From Nitrospirota bacterium (lineage in GTDB: Bacteria > Nitrospirota > Nitrospiria > Nitrospirales > NS-4): a stretch of 64,000 nt of DNA. A program made the translations under genes and the position numbers. Shown in pieces: positions 52,826 through 61,500 of this stretch (its first letter is position 1; the number at the start of each line of letters is the position of its first letter). Below the pieces are notes generated by a model. The model was not told the DNA's origin and did no database searches. It saw nothing but the letters and a program-made list of their open reading frames with translations. The stretch is taken from NCBI GenBank assembly GCA_963788195.1, contig CAWBGA010000017.1, forward strand, positions 96,001 to 160,000, given 5' to 3'.

Positions 52826-53265
52826 GGACGCCTCTTTTTCCCGACGCCGTCATCGCTGAAATCTTCCAGGCTGTAGTGATCCAGAATGTCGGCGATCGCA
52901 TTTCGTACCCCGCCCATCACATGCTGCAAGGGGCAGTAACGCGTTTGGGCATAGGGACAGTCCTGACATTTTTGGTAGGCCGTCTTGCTCACGCATGCGA
53001 TCGGTGCCAATGGCCCATCAAGTATGCGAATGACCTGACCGAGCGTCACGGTGGACGGAGCCTTGATCAGCGCGTACCCGCCCTGAGCCCCGCGGGTGCT
53101 GGCAAGCAAGCCAGCGTGTTTCAGTCGTAAAAGAATCTGCTCCAAAAAAACCACGGGAACGTTCTGGCGCCTACCGATCTGTTGACGAGTGATCGGATGC
53201 CCATAATTCTTGGTGAGTTCTATCAACGCCCGGAGCCCGTATTCGCTTTTCTTTGAAAACCGCAT
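52672..53265 (-). CDS. Rrf2-family transcriptional regulator; C-terminus runs into repeat DNA
   Basis: MRFSKKSEYGLRALIEL, FLEQIL, STRGAQGGY, RILDGPLAPIAC; Cys cluster. Confidence 0.9.
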   Translation of the reverse strand: MRFSKKSEYGLRALIELTKNYGHPITRQQIGRRQNVPVVFLEQILLRLKHAGLLASTRGAQGGYALIKAPSTVTLGQVIRILDGPLAPIACVSKTAYQKCQDCPYAQTRYCPLQHVMGGVRNAIADILDHYSLEDFSDDGVGKKRRPGREAVLQDKSLPRQSSGHGKRTRPTGKESTSGQGPREKDAFHRKSGRPGG

Positions 53266-53300
53266 CCTCTTCTCGACTAAAGTTGATGAATCCAGTCCAC

Positions 53301-53329
53301 AAACTATAGATTGACGAGCTGCCTGTCAA
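53301..53329 (-). promoter_or_regulatory. sigma70-type promoter of the rrf2-sulfate operon, overlapped by a TTGAC-N9-GTCAA inverted repeat
   Basis: TTGACA-N17-TAGTTT on the minus strand; TTGACGAGCTGCCTGTCAA at 53311-53329. Confidence 0.55.
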
Positions 53330-53359
53330 GAATTAATTTATTCCATCGATGCGCGATCT

Positions 53360-53628
53360 GGGGCCAAGGAATCTGTCCGGTCGGATTCCAGGCCATGGGA
53401 GAGACGAGCGCGTTTTGGCGCGCTCGGGGCCATGGGACAAGGACGCGTCTTGGCGCGTCCAGGGAAGGGTTGGGTGAAGTGGCCGGGTGTAATGACGGGT
53501 GCTATAGGCAAAGAAGTCTGTCCTGGCAGACAAAGAGCAGAGAAAGTTCCCCGGCGGCCTTAAATAATCATCAGGCCAAGGGGCAACGGAATCTGTCTCG
53601 GCAGATTCCAGGGTGGGCGGGTGTAATG
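53360..53628 (-). repeat. cluster E of the variable-stem repeat family
   Basis: Stems GAGCGC/GCGCTC (53406-53425), GGACGC/GCGTCC (53441-53460) and GGAATCT/AGATTCC (53588-53609). Confidence 0.9.
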
Positions 53629-53656
53629 GCGGGCAAGCTCGGCTTGGCGGACGGTG

Positions 53657-53995
53657 TTATGGAGCCGAATTCGCGCCGGTCGACCCCGACTGACGTCCGG
53701 ATCCGTCACGGAGCTCCATGCTTTTATTCTTTGAACTCGCTCTTGCGTGCTTCTTGCGGGTGCTGCGGGATTTGCCCTTGCGGTGCTTCTTCTTGCCCGT
53801 AACGCCCTGATCGACGGTCGCCGAGCTACCCGTGCGCTCCGATGACCGCTCGTTTCCGAGCCCTTGCCCCGTCACCGACTCTGCCCCGTCCGTATGCGTA
53901 CCTGGCCCCGTTGATTGTGCAAACGCCACACCCAGCGGCGCCGGCACCGATAGTGCGAATCCGAGGATCATCGTCAGCAGAAGATGACGTCGCAT
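53657..53995 (-). CDS. small secreted low-complexity Lys/Arg-rich protein
   Basis: AAGGAGG RBS before MRRHLLL; signal peptide ending AFA; basic tract KKKHRKGKSRSTRKKH. Confidence 0.75.
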   Translation of the reverse strand: MRRHLLLTMILGFALSVPAPLGVAFAQSTGPGTHTDGAESVTGQGLGNERSSERTGSSATVDQGVTGKKKHRKGKSRSTRKKHARASSKNKSMELRDGSGRQSGSTGANSAP

Positions 53996-54120
53996 AAATT
54001 CCTCCTTCGAGAGATTCCTGTAGCGTAGGTGATATAGATTCACTTGCCCTCAGCCCTGACATTCATAGCAGTGGCTCTGATCGCGTCACAATCGACAAAA
54101 ACCCCTATGCGGTTACAACA

Positions 54121-54290
54121 GGGGAAAAGAAATCTGTCCGGGGCACCCCTTGCCTTCGCTTGCAAGGGGTCGAGAATTCCAGGCCATGGGAAAAGGCTCT
54201 GTCTTGGCAGCGCCAGGGTGGGCTAGATGTAATGGCGGGTGCCCCTGGGAAAAGCGGCTGTCTCGGCAGCCGCGGGGTGGGCGGGTGCAA
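54121..54290 (-). repeat. cluster F of the variable-stem repeat family
   Basis: Stems GCGGCT/AGCCGC (54254-54273) and GGCTCT/AGCGCC (54195-54214, 1 mismatch); composite module at 54129-54182. Confidence 0.9.
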
Positions 54291-54333
54291 ATGGGGTGTG
54301 ATGCCTGTGAACTCGGGTCCCCAGCAGAGGGAC

Positions 54334-54786
54334 TCAGAGCCGCAGCGGTTTCGGAGGTGCGAGGACGGCCTCAGGGTGCTCCTGCCAGACGGTCGCATCA
54401 GCGTCCACGTAAAGCTCCACTTCGTTACCGTCTGGGTCGGCCAGGTATAGGCTTTTGCTCACGGTGTGATCGCTCATGCCGAGGATCTTGACCCCGGCCC
54501 GCTCCAAATCCGCCTTGGCCGAGCGTAGTTCATCCAAGGTGTCGCCGATCTTGATTCCGATATGGTAGAGACCCAGACGTGGACCTGACGATGCCGGCAT
54601 TCTCGGGGCCTGCCCAACTTCAATCAGCAGTAGCTCGTGATGGGTGCGCCCGGACGTCAATGCAGCGGCCTTCCCGCCGAACGTACGGCCAACTTCCAGA
54701 AATCCCAGCAGATCCCGATAGAACACCAATGCGCGTTCGAGATCTTCCACGTAGAACACCACGTGACCGAGATAGTGAGCCTTCAT
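54334..54786 (-). CDS. VOC/glyoxalase family protein (catechol dioxygenase CatE-like)
   Basis: LGHVVFYV, HHELLL, GLYHIG, SLYLADPDGNEVELY. Confidence 0.88.
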   Translation of the reverse strand: MKAHYLGHVVFYVEDLERALVFYRDLLGFLEVGRTFGGKAAALTSGRTHHELLLIEVGQAPRMPASSGPRLGLYHIGIKIGDTLDELRSAKADLERAGVKILGMSDHTVSKSLYLADPDGNEVELYVDADATVWQEHPEAVLAPPKPLRL

Positions 54787-54833
54787 GGCGTGTTCCTTAT
54801 TTCCTGGTGGTTGTTGGAACGTTCTTCATGGAG

Positions 54834-55289
54834 TCATCGCCTTATCCGCCGAGCAATCTCCCGGTCAACCGAGGCTTTGCCGCCACCCCCGATCATGAGC
54901 ACGAGAGATATCGCGATCACCAGCAAATGGTACTCGAAGCCTTCGCCGGGCTGGTTACCAGACCAATTCATGAAAAATCCGTGTGGCCAGTGAACCATCG
55001 CGATTGCGACAATCATGATGCAGAAGATGCCGAAGGCTGCCACTCGCGTCAAAAAGCCTGCAATCAGCGCAAGACTCCCAAGCGACTCGGTGATGATCAC
55101 GAGGAACGCAAGCACAGCCGGGATATGCATTTTATCCGTGAACATGTTCATCGTTCCGGCAAAGCCAAGGCCGCCGAACCACCCCAGCAGCTTCTGGGCG
55201 CCGTGCGGAAACATCACCACCCCAAGCATCACCCGTAAGATGAGCTGCGCCCCGGAATCGTAAGTTTCAAACAGTTTTCTCATGAGCAT
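54834..55289 (-). CDS. DoxX family membrane protein
   Basis: [31 protein letters not shown]. Confidence 0.92.
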   Translation of the reverse strand: MLMRKLFETYDSGAQLILRVMLGVVMFPHGAQKLLGWFGGLGFAGTMNMFTDKMHIPAVLAFLVIITESLGSLALIAGFLTRVAAFGIFCIMIVAIAMVHWPHGFFMNWSGNQPGEGFEYHLLVIAISLVLMIGGGGKASVDREIARRIRR

Positions 55290-55295
55290 CCCCTT

Positions 55296-55766
55296 TCATT
55301 TCTCAACAAAACTCTTCTTCAGGCCAAGGAGTAGATTTCTTAAGTCTGTCATTTGCCGCTCGGTCAACGCTCGCTCAAAATAGGGCTTCAGGTAGGAGAT
55401 ATGCGCCGGAAATACCCTCTGAAACAATCGATTCCCCTTCGGGGTGAGCCGCACAATGATACTCCGCCGATCTGTTTCAGAGGGGACCCGTTTGATCTCA
55501 CCGCGGGCCTCCAAGCGGTCCAGGACACCCGTAAGCGTTCCTTTCGTCACTAAAGTCTTGCTCGAAAGTTCCGCGCAGGACAAACCCGCGGTGTCCCCCA
55601 AGGTCGCGATGACATCAAACTGCGCAGAGGTCAGCCCAAGCGCGCGGATATGGCGGTCATCCCTCCTTACGAAAGCGAAATAGGTTTCCACGAGGGGCCG
55701 CAGCACCCGCAAAAACGGCTCGGCGCCGGGGTCGTGTGTCCTGTGGGTTCGGCGTGTTCGTGGCAT
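55296..55766 (-). CDS. MarR family transcriptional regulator
   Basis: GLTSAQFDVI, TKGTLTGVLDRLE, DRRS, LTPKG; start at ATG 55766. Confidence 0.92.
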   Translation of the reverse strand: MPRTRRTHRTHDPGAEPFLRVLRPLVETYFAFVRRDDRHIRALGLTSAQFDVIATLGDTAGLSCAELSSKTLVTKGTLTGVLDRLEARGEIKRVPSETDRRSIIVRLTPKGNRLFQRVFPAHISYLKPYFERALTERQMTDLRNLLLGLKKSFVEK

Positions 55767-55791
55767 AAATAATCGCCAAGCGTGTTGAGTC

Positions 55792-55820
55792 ACAATAGTA
55801 CTAGTTAGTACGATTGTCAA
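55792..55820 (-). promoter_or_regulatory. promoter TTGACA-N17-TATTGT overlapped by a 26-bp inverted repeat (candidate MarR operator)
   Basis: ACAATaGTACTA-GT-TAGTACgATTGT at 55792-55817. Confidence 0.72.
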
Positions 55821-55849
55821 GCGCGCCCGGACGCCCCGGGCCGCTATCG

Positions 55850-55895
55850 CACCCTCCCGCCCCGAGGCTGCCAAGACAGCCTCTTGTCCCGAGGG
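55850..55895 (+). repeat. single variable-stem repeat unit (locus G)
   Basis: CACCCTCCCGCCCC-GAGGCT-GCCAAGAC-AGCCTC-TTGTCCCGAGG. Confidence 0.88.
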
Positions 55896-55976
55896 ACGCG
55901 GCCTGTCCCGTGTTCTCGCGGCGGCTTCCATGCTCTATGGGAATTTGTGTGTGTTCTACTGGTGAGGAAGTGGGTG

Positions 55977-57029
55977 TTACGATGCGGGTTGAAAATCTAT
56001 CACGGTCTTGACGTCGTGCGGGCGTCGATCGAGGGCTTGTCGCCACTGTTCCAGCGGGACACGTCGGGTAATCAGGGCCTTCAACCACGCCATATCGGCC
56101 CGGGCGAGTGCCTGAGCCGCCGTCTCATAGTGGCGGCGGTTGGCGTTGACAGAACCGACGATGACATTGTTCTCCAAGACCAGTTCGCGATTGAGCCCAC
56201 TAAAATCAACGGACAGTTTTCGTCCGCCCGAGGACACACCTGTTAAACATGCAATTCCCTGCGGTCCGATATGCCTCATCACCTCAAACACAAGGGAGCC
56301 ATCGCCGGTGCATTCGAGAACGATGTCGGCCTGCTGGCAGGCCTGTTCCACGGAACCGGTGTGATAGGTCGCTCCCAGCGCTCTTACCAAGGCCGGCTTG
56401 GGACCCTCCGTTGCGCGATCGAGCACATGGACGTCAAGCCCGCGCTGTACTCCCAAAAGCGCAGCCAAGAGACCAATGGGACCGGCCCCCGTCACGAGAA
56501 CACGCTCCGGAGACCAATGTGACCGGCCTCCGATCCGCTCAACCTGCTCCCATGCTTTGGCTAAAACACTGGCAGGTTCCAACAGAACCCCGACGGCCAG
56601 AATTTGTCGAGGCACTTTGAGAGCGAATTCCGGCGGGATGCGAAAGCGCTCGGACGCGAACCCATTCAGTTCCTTGATGCCATGCTCGGTGTACCGCCCA
56701 TTGCGGCACATGTCCCACTCGCCCACGGCGCAATTCGGACAAGGAACGGGGTCCGGTTGGCGCACGATCCCGACGACCCCATCACCGACTTCAAGGCCGC
56801 TATCTGCCGGCGCTTCTACCACCCGTCCCAGCGACTCATGGCCCAGCACCAACTTGGACTTCCCTGGCGCGGCAGCCCCGTATAATCCTTTTACGATCTC
56901 GACATCGGTGCCACACATTCCGATCGCCAGAGTTTCAACGAGGACCGACCCTTCGGTAATGGGAGGCTCATCGAACTCCTCCAATCGCGCGGAATCAGGC
57001 TCTCCAGGAATGACCGTGATGGCCAGCAT
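55977..57029 (-). CDS. Zn-dependent glucose 1-dehydrogenase (MDR family)
   Basis: GMCGTD, GHESLG, CPNC...C, GAGPIG, GSVNANRRH. Confidence 0.88.
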   Translation of the reverse strand: MLAITVIPGEPDSARLEEFDEPPITEGSVLVETLAIGMCGTDVEIVKGLYGAAAPGKSKLVLGHESLGRVVEAPADSGLEVGDGVVGIVRQPDPVPCPNCAVGEWDMCRNGRYTEHGIKELNGFASERFRIPPEFALKVPRQILAVGVLLEPASVLAKAWEQVERIGGRSHWSPERVLVTGAGPIGLLAALLGVQRGLDVHVLDRATEGPKPALVRALGATYHTGSVEQACQQADIVLECTGDGSLVFEVMRHIGPQGIACLTGVSSGGRKLSVDFSGLNRELVLENNVIVGSVNANRRHYETAAQALARADMAWLKALITRRVPLEQWRQALDRRPHDVKTVIDFQPAS

Positions 57030-57033
57030 GGGT

Positions 57034-58123
57034 TCAGGAAGGCGACCTCCGGGGAGCTACGATCACAGCCACTTCATTTTTCTGAAAGAAGAGGAGCATG
57101 GCAATTCCTATTGACGCCATGACCAAGAGAACGATGGGATAACCCCAGGTCGAGCGGAGTTCCGGCATGTGTTCGAAATTCATCCCATAGATGCCGGCAA
57201 TGAACGTGAGCGGCATAAAGATGGTAGTGATAATCGTCAGCACCTTCATGACGGCGGCCATTCTCTGAGCTATTACTCGACAGGTAAATATCCAGCATCC
57301 CGGTGATCTGGTCATGAAATGACTCGATGGTTTCCATGATCTGGACCGTATGGTCGTAGATATCGTGTAGGTAGGGCTTTGTCGCGGGCTTGATGAGAGC
57401 ATTGTCATCTCGCTGTATCCCGCTGATGACTTCACGCAGAGGCCAGACTGCTCGGCGCAGATACCGCATGTCCTTTTTTAACTGGAGGATGTTCCCCGAA
57501 CTCACGCTCTTTGCATCGAGCATGCACTTATCTTCTAGGATTCCAATTCTTTCGCCCAATCGTTCCAGGATAATAAAATAGTGATCCACGATGGCGTCCA
57601 TCAAGGCATAACACACATAGTCCGCTCCCCGCTTTCTTATCTGCCCCTTATCGGTGCGTAACCGAGCCCGGAGCGAATCAAAGACATCCTTGCCATTTTC
57701 CTGGAAGGTCAGCACGTAATCTCGGCCTAAGATGATGCTGACTTGTTCACTGATGACTTGATCTGCGCTATCCGCCGCATAGAGCATCTTTAATACGACA
57801 TACAAATAGTCTGGATAGTCGTCCAGTTTTGCGCGCTGATCGGTGTTGAGGATGTCTTCGAGGACGAGTGGATGAAGATGGAAGTACTGCCCTATTTGCT
57901 CGATTAACCCGACCTCATGGAGACCCCCAATATCAAGCCAGGTGACTGTTTTGCCGTCTGAAACAGGTTTCCAACCAGTCAGTGTCGATAATTGCGCTTC
58001 GTTGAGGTGAAATTCATCGAACTCAATGAACGAGATACGTGGCTTCTCAACTTTTTTGTCCCCAATATGAATCAGGGTACCTGGCGGGAGACCGGCCTTT
58101 TGGGATCTCCTCTTCGTACGCAT
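57034..58123 (-). CDS. corA: magnesium/cobalt transporter CorA; +1 frameshift at ~57273 (probable assembly error)
   Basis: GLPPGTL and HPLVLEDI in ORF 57074..58123; VMKVLT and YGMNF in ORF 57034..57435. Confidence 0.9.
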
Positions 58124-58187
58124 GGGCTAATTCTACCCTCTCGAAGACCGGGCGGCTAACTGACCGCACGTGCACACCCCGGAATGC

Positions 58188-58515
58188 TTACATCTTATCG
58201 AATGTCCTGATGCGAGTTGCGCTGCCCACGCCTACGACATATACGAGACCGTCGCCTGGGTTGCCGGTATGCGCCGCTTTAGCAATAATCTCAACCAAAT
58301 GATCAGCAAGATCGTCTGCGCATAGTAATTGGATTTTCACTTTCCCTACATATTCCCTTGCGGGTGCCCCGCCTTGTGGGGGCTTCGTCAACACGAGCCG
58401 GGCTCATGCCGCGGCAATCGCTGACGGTCATGCCCGGAAAGTCTCCAACGCACTGTAAGGCCTCCTGCACTTTGGCAAGCATAAAGGGCTTGATGATCGC
58501 CGTGATCTCCTTCAT
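58188..58515 (-). CDS. PII-like (GlnB-fold) protein; +1 frameshift, probably in the G5 run at 58378-58382
   Basis: MKEITAIIKPF...GMTVSDCRG continues in another frame as KVKIQ...AHTGNPGDGLVYV...RIRT; ATGA overlap with the RND gene. Confidence 0.85.
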
Positions 58516-61500
58516 CGCCCGACCTCCTGGTACTGCGGGCGCCTCTCTTCGAACAAGCCATAGACGGTGGGGAGCACCAGCAGCGTGAGCAGCGTCGAGG
58601 AAACGAGCCCGCCGATCACGACCGCGGCGAGGGGGCGTTGGACTTCGGAGCCAACACCGGTCGCAAACAGCAGGGGCATGAGACCGAGTATGGCGAGACT
58701 CGCGGTCATGAGGACAGGGCGCAGGCGTCGTTCGCAGGCTTTCATCAAGGCTTCCTCCAGCGGCATTCCTTCTCGGCGCAGTTGGTTGATATAGGACACA
58801 AGGACCAGGCCGTTGAGAACGGCCACCCCGAACAGCGTGATGAATCCGACGGAGGCCGGCACACTGAGATACTGCCCGGAGAGCCACAGCCCCAGGATTC
58901 CCCCGATCACGGCGAACGGCAAATTCAGGATGATGAGCGCGGCGTACCGCATCGAGTTGAACGTGGAGAATAGCAAAAAGAAAATTAACATGATGGTCAG
59001 CGGCACGATGATCGCTAGACGCTTCATGGCGCGCTGCATGTTTTCGAAGGCCCCGCCCCACTCCACGAAATAGCCGGCCGGCAGGTTCAACTCCGACCCC
59101 AGTCGCGCCTGCGCTTCGTTGACGAATCCTCCGATGTCGCGCCCCACCACGTTCAGTCCGACAACGATTCGCCTCTTCACATCCTGGCGGCTAATCATCG
59201 CCGGACCTTCGACAAGAGTGATGTTCGCCAGCTGCGCCAATGGAATCCGCGCGCCCGACGGATCGCTCACATGAATGTTAGAGATTGCCTCCGGGCTGTC
59301 ACGGCTGGCCTTGGGAAACCGCACGACGAGCGAGAAGCGTCGCTGTCCCTCAAAGACTTCGGTGGCCACCTTGCCGCCGATGGCGGTTTCCACGATTCCC
59401 TGGATGTCGGCGACGTTAATGCCATAGCGCGCGACCTTGCGTCGATCGATGTCGATCGTGAGATACTGTTGCCCCGCGACTTGCTCCATCTTGATGTCTT
59501 TCGCTCCACGGATGCTGGAGAGGATTCCAACCGTCCGCTCGGCCTTCTCCCTCAAGAGGTCAATGTCATCCCCGAAGATCTTGACTGCCAACTGTGTCTT
59601 GATACCGGAGATCAACTCATCGACTCGCTCCTGAATCGGCATGGACATGAGAATCGAAATGCCGGGGATCTGCTGCAGGCGATTGCGGACCGTATCAATG
59701 AATTCCGCAGGCGTCCCCGCGGTCGTCCAGTCGCCTACCGGCTTTAAAAGAACAATCTGGTCACTCTCGTTGGCTTCGATGGGGCTCGTGGCGATTTCCG
59801 CACGGCCGATCTCCGCCACTGTCGTCCGCACCTCAGGAAATTCCATCACTGCCCGCTGTGTCTTTAGCTCAAGATCAATGGATTCCTGGAGCGCGATACT
59901 GGGTAACCGCAGCACTTGCGGTGTAATGGCGCCCTCGAAGAGCATCGGGATAAACTCCGTGCCGAGGAACGGCACGAGCAGCAGGCTCAACGCCAGACCG
60001 GCCACTGATCCGGCCAGCACGCGCATCCTATTGTGCAGTGACCAGCGTAGCGCAGGTAGATAGCCGCCCTTGATCTTTCGTAATAACCAATTATCCCGTT
60101 CCATCCCGCCTTTTAGAAAGAACGAACAGAGCACCGGGGAGAGGGTTAGCGAAATCGCCAGGGACGCGAACAGCGCGAGGGCGGTGGTATAGGCCATCGG
60201 CGCAAACAGTTTGCCTTCCAATCCCTCCAGGGTGAAGAGAGGCAGGAAGACGATCACGATGATCATGATCCCGAACACAACGGGACGCGCCACTTCGCGC
60301 GACGCCTCTAAAATGACGTGCGCGCGGGATAGGGCTCCGGTCTTTTGCTCCGACAGGTGGCGGTAGACATTCTCCACGATGACGACAGAGCCGTCCACCA
60401 TCATCCCGATTGCGACGGCGAGGCCACCGAGAGACATCAGGTTCGCCGACAGGTCGATCTGCCACATGCCGATGAATGTCATGAGAGGCGCGAGAATCAG
60501 CGTGGCCATGACGATCAACGCGCTGCGGATGTTCCCCAGGAAGAGAAAAAGGACCATGACGACCAGTACAATACCTTCCCCCAAGGCCTTCTTCACAGTC
60601 CAGAGCGCCGCATTCACCAGTTCTGTGCGGTCATAAAACGGGACGATGCGGACGTCACTCGGCAAGAGGCTGTTGACCTCCATCTCCTTGATCTTCTTCT
60701 TGACGGAATCCACCACGCGCTTCGCATTCCCGCCACGCAGCATCAGCACGATGCCGACCACGACCTCGCCCTTGCCGTCCTTCACCGCCGCCCCGTGCCG
60801 AGTTTCATGCCCGATTTCCACGTCGGCCACATCCTTGATATAGATCGGCACGCCTTGATGTTCCTTCACGACGATGTTACCCACGTCCTCGAGGCTCTGA
60901 ATCAGACCCACCGCCCGGATCAGGTACTTCTCCGCGTGCTGTTCAAGAATGTTGCCGCCGGCATTAGAGTTATTCCGGCTCACACTCTCGAACACCTCCC
61001 GCAGGGTGAGAGCGTACTTCTTGAGTTTGTCCGGATCGACGAGCACGTGATACTGCTTCACGTAGCCCCCGTGGGAATTGACCTCCGTGACCCCGATAGT
61101 ACCCTTCAGATACGGCCGGATGACCCAGTCCTGGATTGTTCGCATCTCCTGCAGATCTGAAGGCGCGGTCGCCCAGCTGGCAGATGTCGTTGTTTTGTCA
61201 CTCTCCAGGCCCGAGCGCGTCGCCTGAGGAGTCGTCGCCAAGCCTCCAGCCTTGGAGAGAGGCGTGTTCGCTCGTTGGTCGCGCCCGTCATTCTGAAGAG
61301 AAGCGGGCAGGGGCGCCGGGTTGCCGGCGACCTGTGAGACGACCCGCTCTACGGTATACCGAAAGACTTCGCCGAGGCCGGTGGATGCAGGCCCCATCAC
61401 GGGAGTCAGCCCCGACGGCAATACCTCCTGGGCCACCAACACCCGTTCGAGCACCAATTGGCGCGCCAGATAAATATCCACGTCATCGCGAAAGACGATC

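Noticed and set aside
52105..52901. Several Pro/Gly/Arg-rich ORFs and the long N-terminal extension of Sbp
   Set aside because: They arise from stop-poor GC-rich repeat DNA; the same applies to the ORFs over 43216-43698, 53311-53802 and 54044-54491.
43294..54290. Repeat clusters as CRISPR arrays
   Set aside because: The variable parts are 6-7 bp self-complementary stems, not unique 30-40 bp spacers. Spacing is irregular and no cas genes are present.
19945..55895. Hairpin units as integron attC sites or plain rho-independent terminators
   Set aside because: There are no RYYYAAC/GTTRRRY cores and no integrase. T-tracts are only 2-4 nt, units are clustered or nested, and some are antisense to or upstream of genes. 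A contribution to termination is not excluded.
58303..59061. 252-aa ORF overlapping the czcA 3' end
   Set aside because: Only its last part (from ATG 58515) is the PII-like N-terminus; the rest is an alternate frame of czcA.
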